A stretch of DNA of 64,000 nt from positions 6,758,001 through 6,822,000 of the forward strand of contig NC_134025.1 in NCBI RefSeq assembly GCF_964204645.1, written 5' to 3'. Shown here piece after piece: positions 47,701-61,300 of this stretch. The translations under genes and the position numbers were made by a program. Below the pieces are notes generated by a model. The model was given only the letters and a program-made list of their open reading frames with translations. It did not search any database and was not told the DNA's origin. The stretch is from Tubulanus polymorphus (taxonomy: Eukaryota; Animalia; Nemertea). Numbering within the stretch: the first letter of the stretch is position 1; each line of letters begins with the position of its first letter.

Positions 47701-50700
47701 CTTGAGCAGGGAATGATGGATCGAAGGTGTCTTCAATGCGAGACCGTCAATCGTATAGTATAAAGCTACTCGCCAAAAAAAGGCACAATTTTATCGAAGG
47801 AACATAAAAAAAGAGCCCTGTCATAACAAATGCATAATTCTGTTGAAAATTCTGAAAAATGATTGATCATGAAAAGTAAATATGTAAAGAAGATTTTTTT
47901 CGCTAATGGTTGTGGGATATTTTTATCTGGGAAACTTGATTTGCATATTTTTGGATATTTTTCAGGTTCTTTCATAGGACTCGTCGGATTATAAAGTTCG
48001 GATTACTGCTTGTTTGAGGTGAGATACTTTTTTATCATGACCACATGCATTTTAATTGTTTTTCAATTGGAGCGTTCTGCTGTGAAATTCTTTGAGATGT
48101 AAAAAAAGAAACACTTTTCCTAGATTTTCTATGATGATGGACAATTTCAGGTAGGCTTTATAACTGAAAGATCGATCACTTTTGTTAATGATGTTGACAG
48201 AATGAACCATCATTAACCTTTTTACTTGGGACCTGGCTTGGTAGGATAAAGGGATATAAAAGCAGTAGACACATAGTACTATTAGAAAGTTCATCTTCAT
48301 GAAGTGTAAACAAGTGAGATTTGTGCCACTTTTCCATCCCTGACACCGATATGAGGGTATGATAAGTCAAACAGAGGGCGAGATATATCTTAATATATAG
48401 CTACTTCCCCTCTTGTTTGCTTATTCATGGACTGCACCTGGGCCATGTGCTCAACCATGCCAGCATTCGGTGTACGTAGTGTTACCACGGAAAGACTGTT
48501 TTGCTCTTAGCTGGGATGCGTATACTTTTTCGAATAGTTTGAATAGAAACTATTAACTTTTGGGTGAGTCTATTAGTTCAGTTCTATTTCATTTCTATTG
48601 CCACTACTATCCTCTATGTTAGTTTCCTGTTATAATGCATGATGCACATGAGACAGGTTCAGGTTTGGGGTGGTTTGCTTTTTTTTCTAAACATCATTTA
48701 TTTGTATGGGCTACTCATTCCCGTAAACCTGTCTTACTGCAGCTAGCTTTCTCCTTCCTATAACCATACCGTCCATGGTTGATTTGTGCTGCTTCAGGCA
48801 TAGGTCACTCCTAAAAATGTTTCAATCTGGTAGGAAATTAATGCTGATTACATGATGAAATGAATGATTAGCATTATGATGATATTGTGATTGTATGTGT
48901 GGTATGCTTGTTAATAGTGATAATAATATTAATTCATTTTCTTGATATAATGCAATATCTACGAAGTAATCTCTGCACTTTACACAAGAAGAAATAGAAA
49001 TAAACGTAATCATCGGTTAAGTACTCGACTTAAAGATTATCAATAATTGCCCATTTGTGAAAAACATTAAGACAAATAGGTTTGTCTAAAAATAACAGTT
49101 TTCTGTTGTTCAGGTTTATGGCTCCTTCTTCCATGAGTTCGCTTCACTAGATAGATCGTAAAGGTTACTGCAACAAACTCAATCCTATATTCTAATACAT
49201 CAAACTAATTTTATACTATTGGTTTTATCGGTTTTTCAGCATTTAGTATGATTATGTATTGCATCAGCTGGCGTTTTTTAAAATATAACATCTGTTTCAT
49301 CTGATAAAAATAATGATCTTAAATGAATAAGCCCTATATTTGTAACTGATATATGTATTTTGTCCATCATTGAATCCAGTGGAGCATTTACTTGTGAAAC
49401 AATTCATTACGGAGCTGTAACTAAACATCAGCAAGGCCAGTGATTAAAATGGTCGAGGGGATTGAGCCTAATATTACAGTGTCAGTGAGTGAGGTTTTGA
49501 GTTTCCATGTTCTATTCAGAATTCAAAAGATGGTTCTTCATATCAGTTGTGAATGTCGCAGTTATTTGAGTCAAAGAATCTTTTTGTTTTTACAAATCTT
49601 TTTTTTCCATTTTCATAATCCACGACATTTCATTACACGAAGTTTTCCCCCTGTTGACTTCCTCAGGCATTGTTTTGCTGCTTTGCTATACTGACATAGA
49701 TTGGTTTTGCTAATGTCGCACAGATAAAACGTTAATGGTCATGGACATTAATTCCCAACTCCCGATGTAGAATTCATCTCGTGTCCCAGGTTATTTTTAT
49801 TTGGTTCAGTGCGAGTGAATGAACGGAACATCCGAGAGATCATCGTAGCAACTGTGTCCTTCATATTTTCTGCAATATAATTGTCTCGTCTCGGATACCA
49901 GTAGCTCACAGCAATACTCAATAAATTCAGGTTTCCTATTTCCTTGAGGTCAAAGTTTTAGTATCTGGAGGAATAACTGAGCTATTTACTGTATCTCTGC
50001 TGCATTACTGAGATCTTTTTCGTGTTTTCATAAATTCGAAAAATGAACCCATGTAAGATAGCACGCACGGTTAGTAAACTGGTGTGAATCTCAGCTGGCA
50101 GCGAATGTTTTTAGTGGGGTAAGATACCCAAATACACCTGCTTTCAATTTGCTGAATACACTGAGATTATAAATATCACTGTTTTATGTAAAAACACTTA
50201 TTACGTTCTCATTATTGGACCTGAATATGTCCTTGAATCTAGTAATATTAATGACTAAACTACATTTTGCAATCATTCCTTAGCAGACGATAAAGTATTC
50301 CAGGATTCCCTGGTGCCTAAGCGTATTGATATTTTTTCTCTCAAACTCACAATTCTGCTTGTAAAAAGAAATGTCTTTGATTTGATTTCTCTTTCCGTAA
50401 CGAGTTTGAATTTCGGACTTAACGTGTTGGCTATTGGCATTCAGTTATTTCCCTTTTGGGTGATATGATTATATTTTTGCGAACATTCTTCGCATGTCTA
50501 ACGATATTATACCCCTGGGTAAGGCGTCAGAGCTTAGAAGGTTGTAACACGCACCTGATGTCAACGGTTCTAACTATCTAGGGATACTTCGTATTCTATC
50601 AGAAAGACGTTGTGGTTAGATTTATTCCTACAATCTTATTCGGATCACTGAATGAAACAGTAATGAGTGTACATTCTTAATGTACATACATCATATAGTT

Positions 50701-53700
50701 AGATTAGTAGTTTATTTGTCACCATCAATATGTACAAAGTGAATAATAGCAAAATGAGGTGACTGGAGCCTGAGTAGAGCCATAAAGGCGGTAAATCCAA
50801 AAGGATGTTCAGACACCTTGACATAAACATGAACAAATTAAAGAAAAAAACAAATGAAAAGGGATGATCTGATGAAAAAATGAATTTATATCATGCAGAA
50901 GTCTCTCTGAATGAAAATATATTCTTAAGTGTACATTAATCAAGTACCTTAAACATGGGTTTAAGGTACAATATAAATATGGGTTGAAAATATCTCTTTT
51001 GAGATAAGATCTGATCTCTCTTCAATTACACAAAAAGCAATAGCAAAAATGCATCAGAGCCTATATATGTAGATTATGTAGATGTTACATGCCGAACGGA
51101 ATAATTGAATTCTGTCTACGCAATAAGCGAGACAATCCCTCAAACTATAAAGTGTGCAGACAATTATAGCCATCTTAGACCATGATTGGGTTACATTTGA
51201 TTTAAGTTCCACCAATTTCTACTGACAAATGATGGTAATCTAAGCTGTGGTTGTTGTTTTTTTTTCAGGCATCGGTTACTGAAGACCCACATGAAGCATC
51301 AAGGTTTGTAGCCTACAGCGTTTGCAACTCCGTCGGATCTAATATTACCCCAACTTGCAAAAAATTACCCGGGATTCCCTGATTAAGTCGTCCTCTATCA
51401 TACTCAAAGTCACTGACAGTCCCTGTAAGTTAAGCTGATAATTTCATGTCATCTCTATACTAGTTTTCCGAATCACTTCTGACTAGAGATTTGCAAGTTT
51501 GGGATTAACATGTACATGTATTTCAATCCATACAGTACTATTAATTATTGGGCTTTTTTAAATTGTATTTTTATTTGAAAGTGCGCTAATGTATCTCAAG
51601 GGTTTTTAGCAAATGGATATACGTTTTTGCATTTGATGTTCTGTGAGAGGCTTGTTTCAATGTTGAGCACATTGAGTGTAAAAGGCGTTGGGAAGCCACT
51701 GGGGATGAATGAATCCGATCATTCGCGGAGTTTTGGGACAATAAACTGTATACCTGATCAACTTTTATCGATTTCTGTAGTAACATAATCAGAAGGTATG
51801 AAATCGAAACTGAAATGGTCAGGTATAGCAACAGCGGCGCGTGCATGCTACGCAGTACACAATGATTTCGGTATAATGTTGGTAACATCATCAGGCGAAT
51901 TCGTCAAGGGGGATTACTTGTTAATTATAAAACCATCTTATCGTATATAATGCAGTAATATTATTGATGTTTATAGTTGCTTCGGGGAAACTATTTCTGC
52001 ATGAATTATTAATTCGCGTCTAGCCGTTTAGCCCGCGCAGGTGATTGGTTCATCAGTTTTTCTCCCGGTAATAAAACCGATCAGATCGATGTAAAAATCG
52101 TTCAATTCAGTCGATTCCAATCATCATAAATAATGCGCGCTAAAACGCCCTGAAAAGTCTTCCCTGGGCTACTTGTTTCGAAGCTGAGGATGAACTAGAA
52201 GTCAAATTACAAATATCAGTGCTGGAATAAGTGAAGTATGCAATACGACAGAAAAGGGTTCTGAGTAATTAAGCCATAAATGGCAAGCGCAAAAAATAGG
52301 AGATAGGAGAAAACATAGTTGTAAATAGGTGAATGGTTTTACTCTGTGAACTGGATCCGTTGCAAATATCTGTACTTTCATTCATTTTATGGTAGTTAAT
52401 TTACACACCAAGTCGATAATTTATACCTGTTTGGCAGCCATTGTGTTTAAATGGCTGGTAGTAGACCACGTAATGATCTGCACAAAGTTAATGAAGCTAG
52501 CTCATAAAAACAACTATTGGTGAAATGCGGCACCCTCGTAATTCAAACTGTACTGATGTAGGCATATCCAGGGATATCTGGTTCAAGCAGTTGTCCTCTT
52601 ATAATTAATTAGTTTGAAGTGGTTCAGATTATGGCCAGGAACTAAAAATCTATTAGTTCAGACATGTACTCAAACTTTGTTGGTTCACAGTGTTGGCATA
52701 AAAAGGTAGTCTCTTGAAACAGCAGATGCAGTATACTAGACTTCATTGAGGCTTAGATTGGCCCTTTCCTAGTGGCTCGGCCATTGTACTATTGCAGTCA
52801 TATCTCGGCAGAAATGAGTAAATAAGGTTGGCCTCTATTTTTGTGATCAGATCTGAAATTCACAACCTCATCGTATAGAGGATTAAGCCATTATCTCGGG
52901 CTTCACTTTGAAAGGATTGTCAAGTTTCTCCCACTATTTTGTGTTCAAACCCTATTTTAGTTAATACTTCCATATTTTCACGTGAATATTGATATTCTGT
53001 AGGTTGTTCATTGCATCGATATGAGCACCCACCTCAACAGGATTACCCTAGGCAGCCACTGATTTCAGATTTTATTTCCACTGCGGAAAAGTGATCGTAT
53101 TTTCATTACGGATCTCAAAATATTCATATTTCATGATGTTGACTCGGAGCTTGTCCGTTATAAAGTGTGCTGTTGACTAGACTTATCAGAAGATACTCGG
53201 AGGTTTTGATTGCCAATATGGTTTCATGAGCAATAAAGTCTCATGGTTATTAAGTGCATGAAACACACTAGCATTATACCAGTCTCTCTGCACCAATCTT
53301 TCCAATGCAATTACTCAAGGACTTGTTTATTTTCTACCATTAATCATGAATCTATTCAATTTTTATGAAACAAGGTTTTTCTCCTCATTCTTTGCCTCCT
53401 ACAACTTCTGATTTCACATGGGACGGTAAGGCTTTGTGTACGGTATAACTCGATTCTCTCCATGAATAACCTCCTTGCATCATGGGATACTTTTTCATAA
53501 TGTCAAGGGCTTATCCTGAGCAATCCATCGGCCTCGAGTGTGCACTTCCACGTCCAACAATTCATGGCATTTCGATAAAAGGATTTTTGAACTTTCGTTG
53601 ACCAGGACATTGATATAAAACATTATCTTCGAGAAGAATATGCGCGGACATCCAATATAGCATATGATCGCATATTCATGACGCCACTGCAACTAAGTCT

Positions 53701-56412
53701 CAAGAGTCATATCATACCGTTATTCGAAGATGCTCTGATTGTAGAAGAATTAGGTGATCATCTGTTTTAGATTTGCCGTTTTCTTCAGCAATGAATATGA
53801 TTTGTCAATATAAACATAAAGAGTCAGGCAAGCAGTAAGGAGCGAGAGACAGAGATGATGGGATAATGGGTAATATGGTAATTGTGGGTTTGACAGATTA
53901 TTCACCTGATGGTGATGATGGAATGAGAGTATCGCATGAGAGCTGTAGATTTACAGGTGCAAGTGAAGGACAACCATTATACGCATGATTGAATTATACC
54001 ATCTTTGCATAAAAATGCTATATATGGGCACCGCCTCGGGTGGATGTCATGAAAAAAAAACCCTATCCACATCTAGTAGTAGATTCCGCAGTGACGAACC
54101 ACGCGTAGAAATTGACCTTCCCCTGTGGCTTACATTTATATAGGGTTTATGAAAGATAATTTGCTCCGATGCAGTAATGGATTTGAGTGATTGTAGATAA
54201 AGTCACGATGTCAATTTGCAATGAGTTTGCAGTAATAGCCGTATTTCTGTATGTATTGGTTAATTTGATCTGTTTTATTTCCACTGAACTTCCTGTCATT
54301 TGTAATGGTTAATAGCCAGTAATTGCTGTAGTTTCCACTCTGGTTCCTGTCTGTATTCCAGTCAGCACAGCCGTTTCACATTGGCTGTATTTTTCATTCA
54401 GTTTGCGTAATGATTTTATAGTCCGAAACTTAACACCGAGACTGATTTCTAAGCTTTTGATTCTTTTTACTCGTAAGTCATGGACCCTCGATGAAAAAAC
54501 TTGATATTTGTAGCTGCAATGCGACCTAATCTTGCGAGTAGAAAACCGCTTCCATCAGCTTTTTTCTTGTTTGGTATGCTCGCTTGCTTAATGAGTTTTG
54601 CAGATATCTTGGCAAAAGTTTCAGAACATATCACTGCGTATCACTGCGTATACCTAAGCTGCCAAGTTACTGTTGTTTACTGAGAAATCGGTCTTCTTTC
54701 TTTTGTTCAGCGCTAATGGTTTTCTTCATGGCTCATTTGAAAGGGAAGCAGTTTTAGGCTGTGTTGTGGAAGAAAGTGTTCAGTATGAATATCTGCCATC
54801 ACAATCCGTCTACCTGAAACTTCCACACACTGGGACTCCCTGATTTTATTTCTATTAAGTTTATCTAATTATTCTTATAGATCTCAATCTGCTGCCGTTA
54901 CCTGATATAGAGAAGCAACTCGAGAATATACCTTGATATGCATCGTGTCCATGTTGAATTAATTGTATTGAATTTCTGAATCTAATATCACACTTTGCAT
55001 TTTAAATTGGTTTAGCAGTCGCACTGGTTATTGGATTGTGGTCAAGGGGATCCTTATCCCACATTCACTGCTATCATTCACTTGTAGAGGGAGAGAAATG
55101 ATCTCTCTTCCAGCTACTAAGAGCTGATTCTATTACTGTACGGGTTATACTTGAATTACTTTACTCAGTTATCTGTTTTCTAGGTCTTTCTTGTTGGTCC
55201 TGTACCATCTTTGTACTCAATCATAAAAGTGTCAACTCATATTTATAACTAGTAGGAGATAATGATTCAGTATTACGAGTGTAGCTGAGCTGGTTCTTCT
55301 CTTTGTGCTGTGGTTTCCAATCATTTCACTGAAATGGATCCTTTTCTCTTTTCAATTGACTGTCTCTTCCTATAACCCGTGGATCTTTTTGACATGCCGG
55401 AGATGATATTCTTTATGAAATTCTCTTCGGTGTGAGCGTTTTTTATGAGTACGCTGAAGTAAATGACAGTACAAGGTCGTCTCTATCATTGAGTAGACTT
55501 AGTAGAAACTGAGGAGGAAGCTAACCGATTCGCCTTTAAGTAGAGACTCTCTTCAGGTTTATTTTTCTTATGCTAACCTGGTAGATTATCTTCTTGGCCT
55601 TTTTACTTTACGGAGAAGATTGAAGAAGATTGATCGTGGAAATGGGGGTCTAGCCAGCTAATTCCCACACACTTGATCTGATGTTTCATTTCGCAGTGTT
55701 CCAGCACGCTCCTCTCCTGATAAAATCTATTCTTACAAGTAAAGAAAAAGTTCTGTTGTTATTCATTCTGTTTTCAAATGCGTCTCAAATGTTTGTCTTG
55801 ATGTATAAGTGTAGGAGGACGAGCCGATTATGGCAAATATTTCATCCCTCATTTTTATCAAAATTTTCGATGATTAGAATTTTACTATTACAACTGAGTT
55901 ATACTAGATAAGTATATATATAACGAATCTAGTTGTGAGAGTTGCAGGGAGGTTAGCGGGCAGCAATTGGGGAAATTATGGCTTGACAATAATTCATATC
56001 AATAACTAAATCACACATAAAAACAATTGCTATATTGTCTTAAGTGAAATATTTAAGTGAGAGGCAAGATTCTGAATCGGCTTATAGATGAGAGGTTTTT
56101 ATCGCGGAAGTATTTTTTTTGGAAAGGGTTATAAATGATAAATGGAAGGTGTGGGTGGAGATTTTGCCTTGTATAAAAATATCTGCCTTTTGTCATTTTG
56201 TCTGTCGGCTTAAGTCTACTTAATGTATTGGATTTATATGCAACTGTAACTATATGTGAAGACTAGTTACTTGTTGAATATGCAGCGGCGTGCGTTATCA
56301 TGACGAAATTAAAGAAACTGCTGCAAATTTGACTAAAAAGTCTAAATATATGCTCTCTAAATATTATACTCCTCTCTATTGGCATACTGGATGACTACTA
56401 TTCTGGGCTTAC

Positions 56413-56537
56413 TAAGTGCCGAATTGCCGACTCGTAGTGTGAACGTAACTGGCTGTATAAGCGCCGTATTTTGGTGAATTCTGCACCAGCGAAGTACGGT
56501 ACTTCGTAAGTGCCGAATCGAGTGTGAACGCGGCTAA
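56413..56537. mobile_element. PIF/Harbinger-like MITE end with subterminal direct repeats
   Basis: TAAGTGCCGAAT...AGTGTGAACG occurs twice (56413, 56507). Terminus AGTGTGAACGCGGC|TAA. Confidence 0.4.
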
Positions 56538-57094
56538 TGTCAGTGTTCATAATCTGAAAGGATTGATGAATGCTTTGAACGACGTAATGACGAATGCATC
56601 AAATTGTTGATTTGATGTTGAAAGTGTTTGATGTTGAAAGCGTAGTTATGCATCAGGTAAAAACAAACCTCAGCACATTTAAAGTTTGATTTTATCATCA
56701 CCTTCTAGCTGCCAGAAAATGAAAAATGTAGCAGGAGATAGTCAACATGTGTTCTCAATGTGCGGATTGGCTTTCATTTTGTAATTATTTAAAAGCTCTC
56801 TTGGAATAATGATACACTATAAGTAAAATAGCTCTAAAATTGTAAAAGTATAGAAAGCAAACAATGCTGGTGTAACACGTAATGTCGTATGGCGACTTCT
56901 GAGCGGAGATTTGATTTCTAAGCCTTCCTAAGATATCATTAAACCAGCGGGCCTTAGAATTTGAAATTCCTGATTACAATAATATCTTTTGGGTAATGAA
57001 AGCTTTGTAAGATAACTGATGATATTTGAATAGTAACATTGCAAAAAAAGTCAGGTTTTTTCTAATAGGCTCACATTTTCAGTTGAATAATATT

Positions 57095-57900
57095 TTCTCT
57101 CCCATTCTACAAGGTGCAGTTTTTGAAGTAGAGCGTTCAGTTTGATGTATTAAGTGTATAGTTTGTGTCCGAAGGACCATATCGATTTTTTTGTATTTGC
57201 ATTCAAGATGGCTGACTGGCAGCCATATTGATTCCTAAAAATACACCCCCATTCTACAGGGTGCAATTTTTGAAGTGGAGTGTTCATAGAAAGTGTATGG
57301 TATATAGCTTAAGAATCCTATAGATTTTGTGTTAATTGAGTTAATACAGAGTGCAGTTTTTGAAGAAGTCTCCGTATTTATGTGAAAGTAGAATGCTATG
57401 CAGCTGATGATAACTATATAACTTTGGTCATAGCTCTATTCAAAATGGAATACAGGGTGCAGTTTCCAAAGTGGAGTGAACATATTATTTGCATGTAAGA
57501 TGTCTGGATTGGAAATAACAATCCATATTGAGTTTGGTTAGTATTACATTAGATACAGTTCACTGGCAGCCATACTGAATATTCTAAAACTACTTTCCTT
57601 TTCTATAGGGTACGGTTTTTCAAGTTTTCTTTTCTTCAGCGTACAGTGTTTGAAGTTCATTCTTAACTTTTACAAAAATGGTGTATTGTACAAAGGTTAC
57701 AATCCTACAATCCTATCAGTTTCAGTTGTATTCGCTTGCAAGATGGCTGCCTGGTGGCCATATTGGATTCTAAAAATACATTGTTCCTATCCTACGTGAT
57801 GCATTTTCTATAATACATAGCCTATATCTTTAGAAAACAAACCTTATCAATGTTGGCCATAGTTGTATTTAAAATGGCTGACTATTGGCTATTTTGAATA
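57095..57900. repeat. Degenerate ~100-150 bp tandem repeat array (Helentron-associated satellite-like)
   Basis: CCCATTCTACA(A/G)GGTGCA(G/A)TTTTTGAAGT at 57101 and 57248 (147 bp apart), with further copies at ~57346, ~57451 and ~57602. Recurring AAGATGGCTGNCTGGYRGCCATATTG. Confidence 0.75.
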
Positions 57901-58399
57901 ATATAAAACTAGAATGCAAGAAAAACTCATACTTATGTGTTCTAAAGCTGTCATTTTCTATTGTTTATGTTGAATAGATTTGTACTAAAAAGTATGTATA
58001 TTCTAGTAACATCATTTTTTCAAAATGTCTTGTAATGCTCGATAAGAATTATGACATTTCTGACATTAACAAGCGCAAACCTGTGCATACTCCACTCTTT
58101 GTTAACTTAGTTCCTCATTTTCATGTCTGGTAACAAGTTTCTGCCATAGCAGACATGTTGAACCATACTGATATAAAAAACCAATCTTTTGTACGATGGT
58201 ATGTGATATATCAGTAATGACACATTGACACGTTCTCTTCGAGTCTTGCTGTTTGCATTTGCGAGGGTTACGTAAGCATATTTTGGTAGTTTATTAAGCG
58301 TTGTTTATCTTTACAGGTGTAAGAATATTGTAAATACATAACGGGAATTAAACATAAGATACTGGTTGTTAACTGATCTCACTGAAAACTGTGGATTAT

Positions 58400-61300
58400 A
58401 TGATAAAAATTGCGGTAAGTATTAAGCATGCAGTCAGTTGTTCGTTTACATGTATTTGCAATCTACAGTTGTGAATGTAGTATTCTGTAAAATGAAACTG
58501 GTGGCAGCATTTGTACAAATAGTGTACTGGATGTTTTTTCCATTGTTTCTATGAATTGACACTTTATTTTGAAAGTTGCATTCCTAGCTAGTATTAGTTG
58601 TGCTGTCATTCTCAGTTATATGAGTGTAAGCAAAAATTCATGGTGTTAGTCATATATAAATGTGAAGTATTACAAAAAAAAGATGGTAAGATCCTTTCCT
58701 GATATGAACAGATGACTGGTTCCCCACACACATATTGTATATATCATAGCTAATGTGTAAGGGCATTAGCTTTCATGGAGAAAGATTTTGTCATTGGTAA
58801 TATGATATGATATTATAGCGTTAATCAATTGCCGGGGCTCTGCAAACCTTGATATATCGCGTTACAGTATCAGAATACCCAGTAGTAAGAAGCCTTTCTT
58901 ATATATAAGTTACTGAAATGTTGTATAAGAATGAGTATTGTTTTGGTTTGTTAAAAGTGCATAGACATGACGTACTGAGATTGGAAATTCGCATGTCTTA
59001 CTGTAATCAGTAGATTTGTAGAAATGAATTGGAAGTTTAGCGAACTGTCATTCAGATAGTATTCGCTTTGCTGTTGTTTTTTTTTTTAGTTCATCTAGAA
59101 CGGTGCTAAATTATGGCTAGGATATTTGATTGTTGAGCTATTCCTCGAAAAAAAAACAGTTTTAATGAATTTATGAATTGAAATCGAATTTCCTTTCATT
59201 CAGTTTGCGTTTTTGGCAGAGATAGATACAATAGCCTCAAGGGAGACGAACTGTCATCGTGTGCCCTTGGTTTCATGAACCATTAATCTAATAACATGTA
59301 GAACATGGGATCAACAGCTTTACTCGGGGAGTAGCCAATGATGGATGAGCTAGATTAACACTGCTACCGCTGCATGCTGTCAACCGCGAATCACTTATCA
59401 ATGGATAATTCGAACAGAAAGAGTCGACGGGTTCCATTTATCTTCGAAATGCTTTTAAGTTTTCGATATAAACTGCGAAATGAGTGGTGACATTATAGAA
59501 AAGGTCAAAACGTCGAAAATAGAACTTTTCACCTTGTTCGGAGCACACCTAGAGAGAGTGTTGAAACTTAATTGTATTCCAACTTAAATGTCAGTTGTTC
59601 AAATTTGCTTGGTTGCTGCAAAAATTGTCACTTTGTTAATTACGACATTTTAGTTCCGTAAATGTCACCTGATGTGGGAGGATGAAGGGTTGGTTGGGTT
59701 GGCACCGTGATTCTGTGTGGAGTGTTATGTTTTTCTTTTTAGTTCCATAAACGTCCAGTTTTTTTAGACCAATGAATTCACAAATTAATTTTTCCACCGT
59801 GATGATTTGCCACTGGTCCCCATACACCTGAAGGTTATCATCCCATGTTCGAGTTAATGTCTCCTTGGTACACTTATCAAAGACTGTATTCTTGAAAGGT
59901 CTAAAATCTGCGAATATAAATTTAACCATTTCTTCGATTTTAAATCATCTTGGTTGCGCTACGCCCATATAATCAATTTTACGTCGCTTTCTTATTGGTA
60001 AAAAAGTAATTAAATTAGACACAAATATATGCACTATCTTCATATATCAAATGTTTTTCCATAGGTCTACAGACCAGAACACATACACATACACACATTG
60101 ACTCAAACACTCTCCACAGTTTATATTTATCTATGTTTTGATAGATTCTATCTTCGTTTGTATTTTTAGATAATACTCTATCTTATAATCTATCATGAAT
60201 GACGCTGCTACTAAGGAGCCAATGATGATGGCCGAAGGAGGTTCTTACAGTCCCTCGTCACGAAAATCACAATGCTGTGTCAACTGCTTTACAAGTGTAA
60301 GTTCAGCTAAATGTACAAATATATACACATGGTATAAGTGATCTATTGCTGCATTTGATATAATGCCTTTTCACCTGCGTTGTCTTTTCTCTGCTTTAAG
60401 TGTTCAGTAAAAATCTGTTCATGATAACGAATTGCATGGCGCCGGAAAGAAACTTGGTTTAACGAAGATCAAACTTCACAAATAATTGATGATGTCGTAG
60501 TGGAATATTACTTAATACCGTAAACAGATAAACATCATCAATATCAATAGTCAGCTGTTTCCCATATGGCTGTTGTAAAAGTTGATTCCAAAAGCCATTT
60601 ACATTTTGCCATTTGCGCATCAAATATTCAGTATTCATCACTTTATTTTGGGTTTTTGCATTTGTAAAAATTCTGATGTTATTTTGAATCATTCAATATT
60701 GAACAGCTTGCGCATCGAAGCGCATCCTAATTCAGAGACTGGAAACTTCTAGAAAGTAGCGAGTGTTTCTTTCTCATATTGTCAACAATATATCTTTTTA
60801 TGTGTGGAATTTATTTTCTGACAGAGTCATTCGTCTTTTCATTATTCAATAGTTAAACATGGCTGAACCAGGAACGTGAGCCAAATGCTGACATGAGTAT
60901 TATTTGTAATATGATATCTTCTCGGACTCATAACCATTTTAATATGCGAGAATGAAAAGATAAAGTTTCTGGCAATTTATTATGTCATGACTTAATACCA
61001 ACTAGCTCATCTAAATTTGTCTAAGATAGATTTATGATTTATGAAGTACTGACATATTATGTCAGTATAACTCATTTTTATGTGGCTCCATCATGATTTT
61101 CCAAAAAAGTCTATTTCAAATACAATGGCAGTATTCATTATCCATTTGATAAGACTCAGCAGTGTGTCAGATTGCTGATGTTTTTTTGTGGCTGTTAAGT
61201 AGATTATTAAAGACAACAGGCAGACTAATTACTTTAGTGTAATCATCCATGGAACATATAAACAAACCTACTGGCAGGTTACATTCACATCTGTTTTGTA

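Noticed and set aside
48052-48300. Faint resemblance to a Gypsy pre-RT region (IPLSYQ...VK...II)
   Set aside because: No downstream RT motifs or LTRs. The similarity is too weak.
51371-51379. kB-like GGGATTCCC in an SLC1A intron, suggesting Rel control of the transporter
   Set aside because: A single short motif in ~30 kb is expected by chance.
54629-54651. Short tandem duplications (also ~14046, ~22581, ~39114, ~56610)
   Set aside because: Ordinary slippage duplications with no shared motif.
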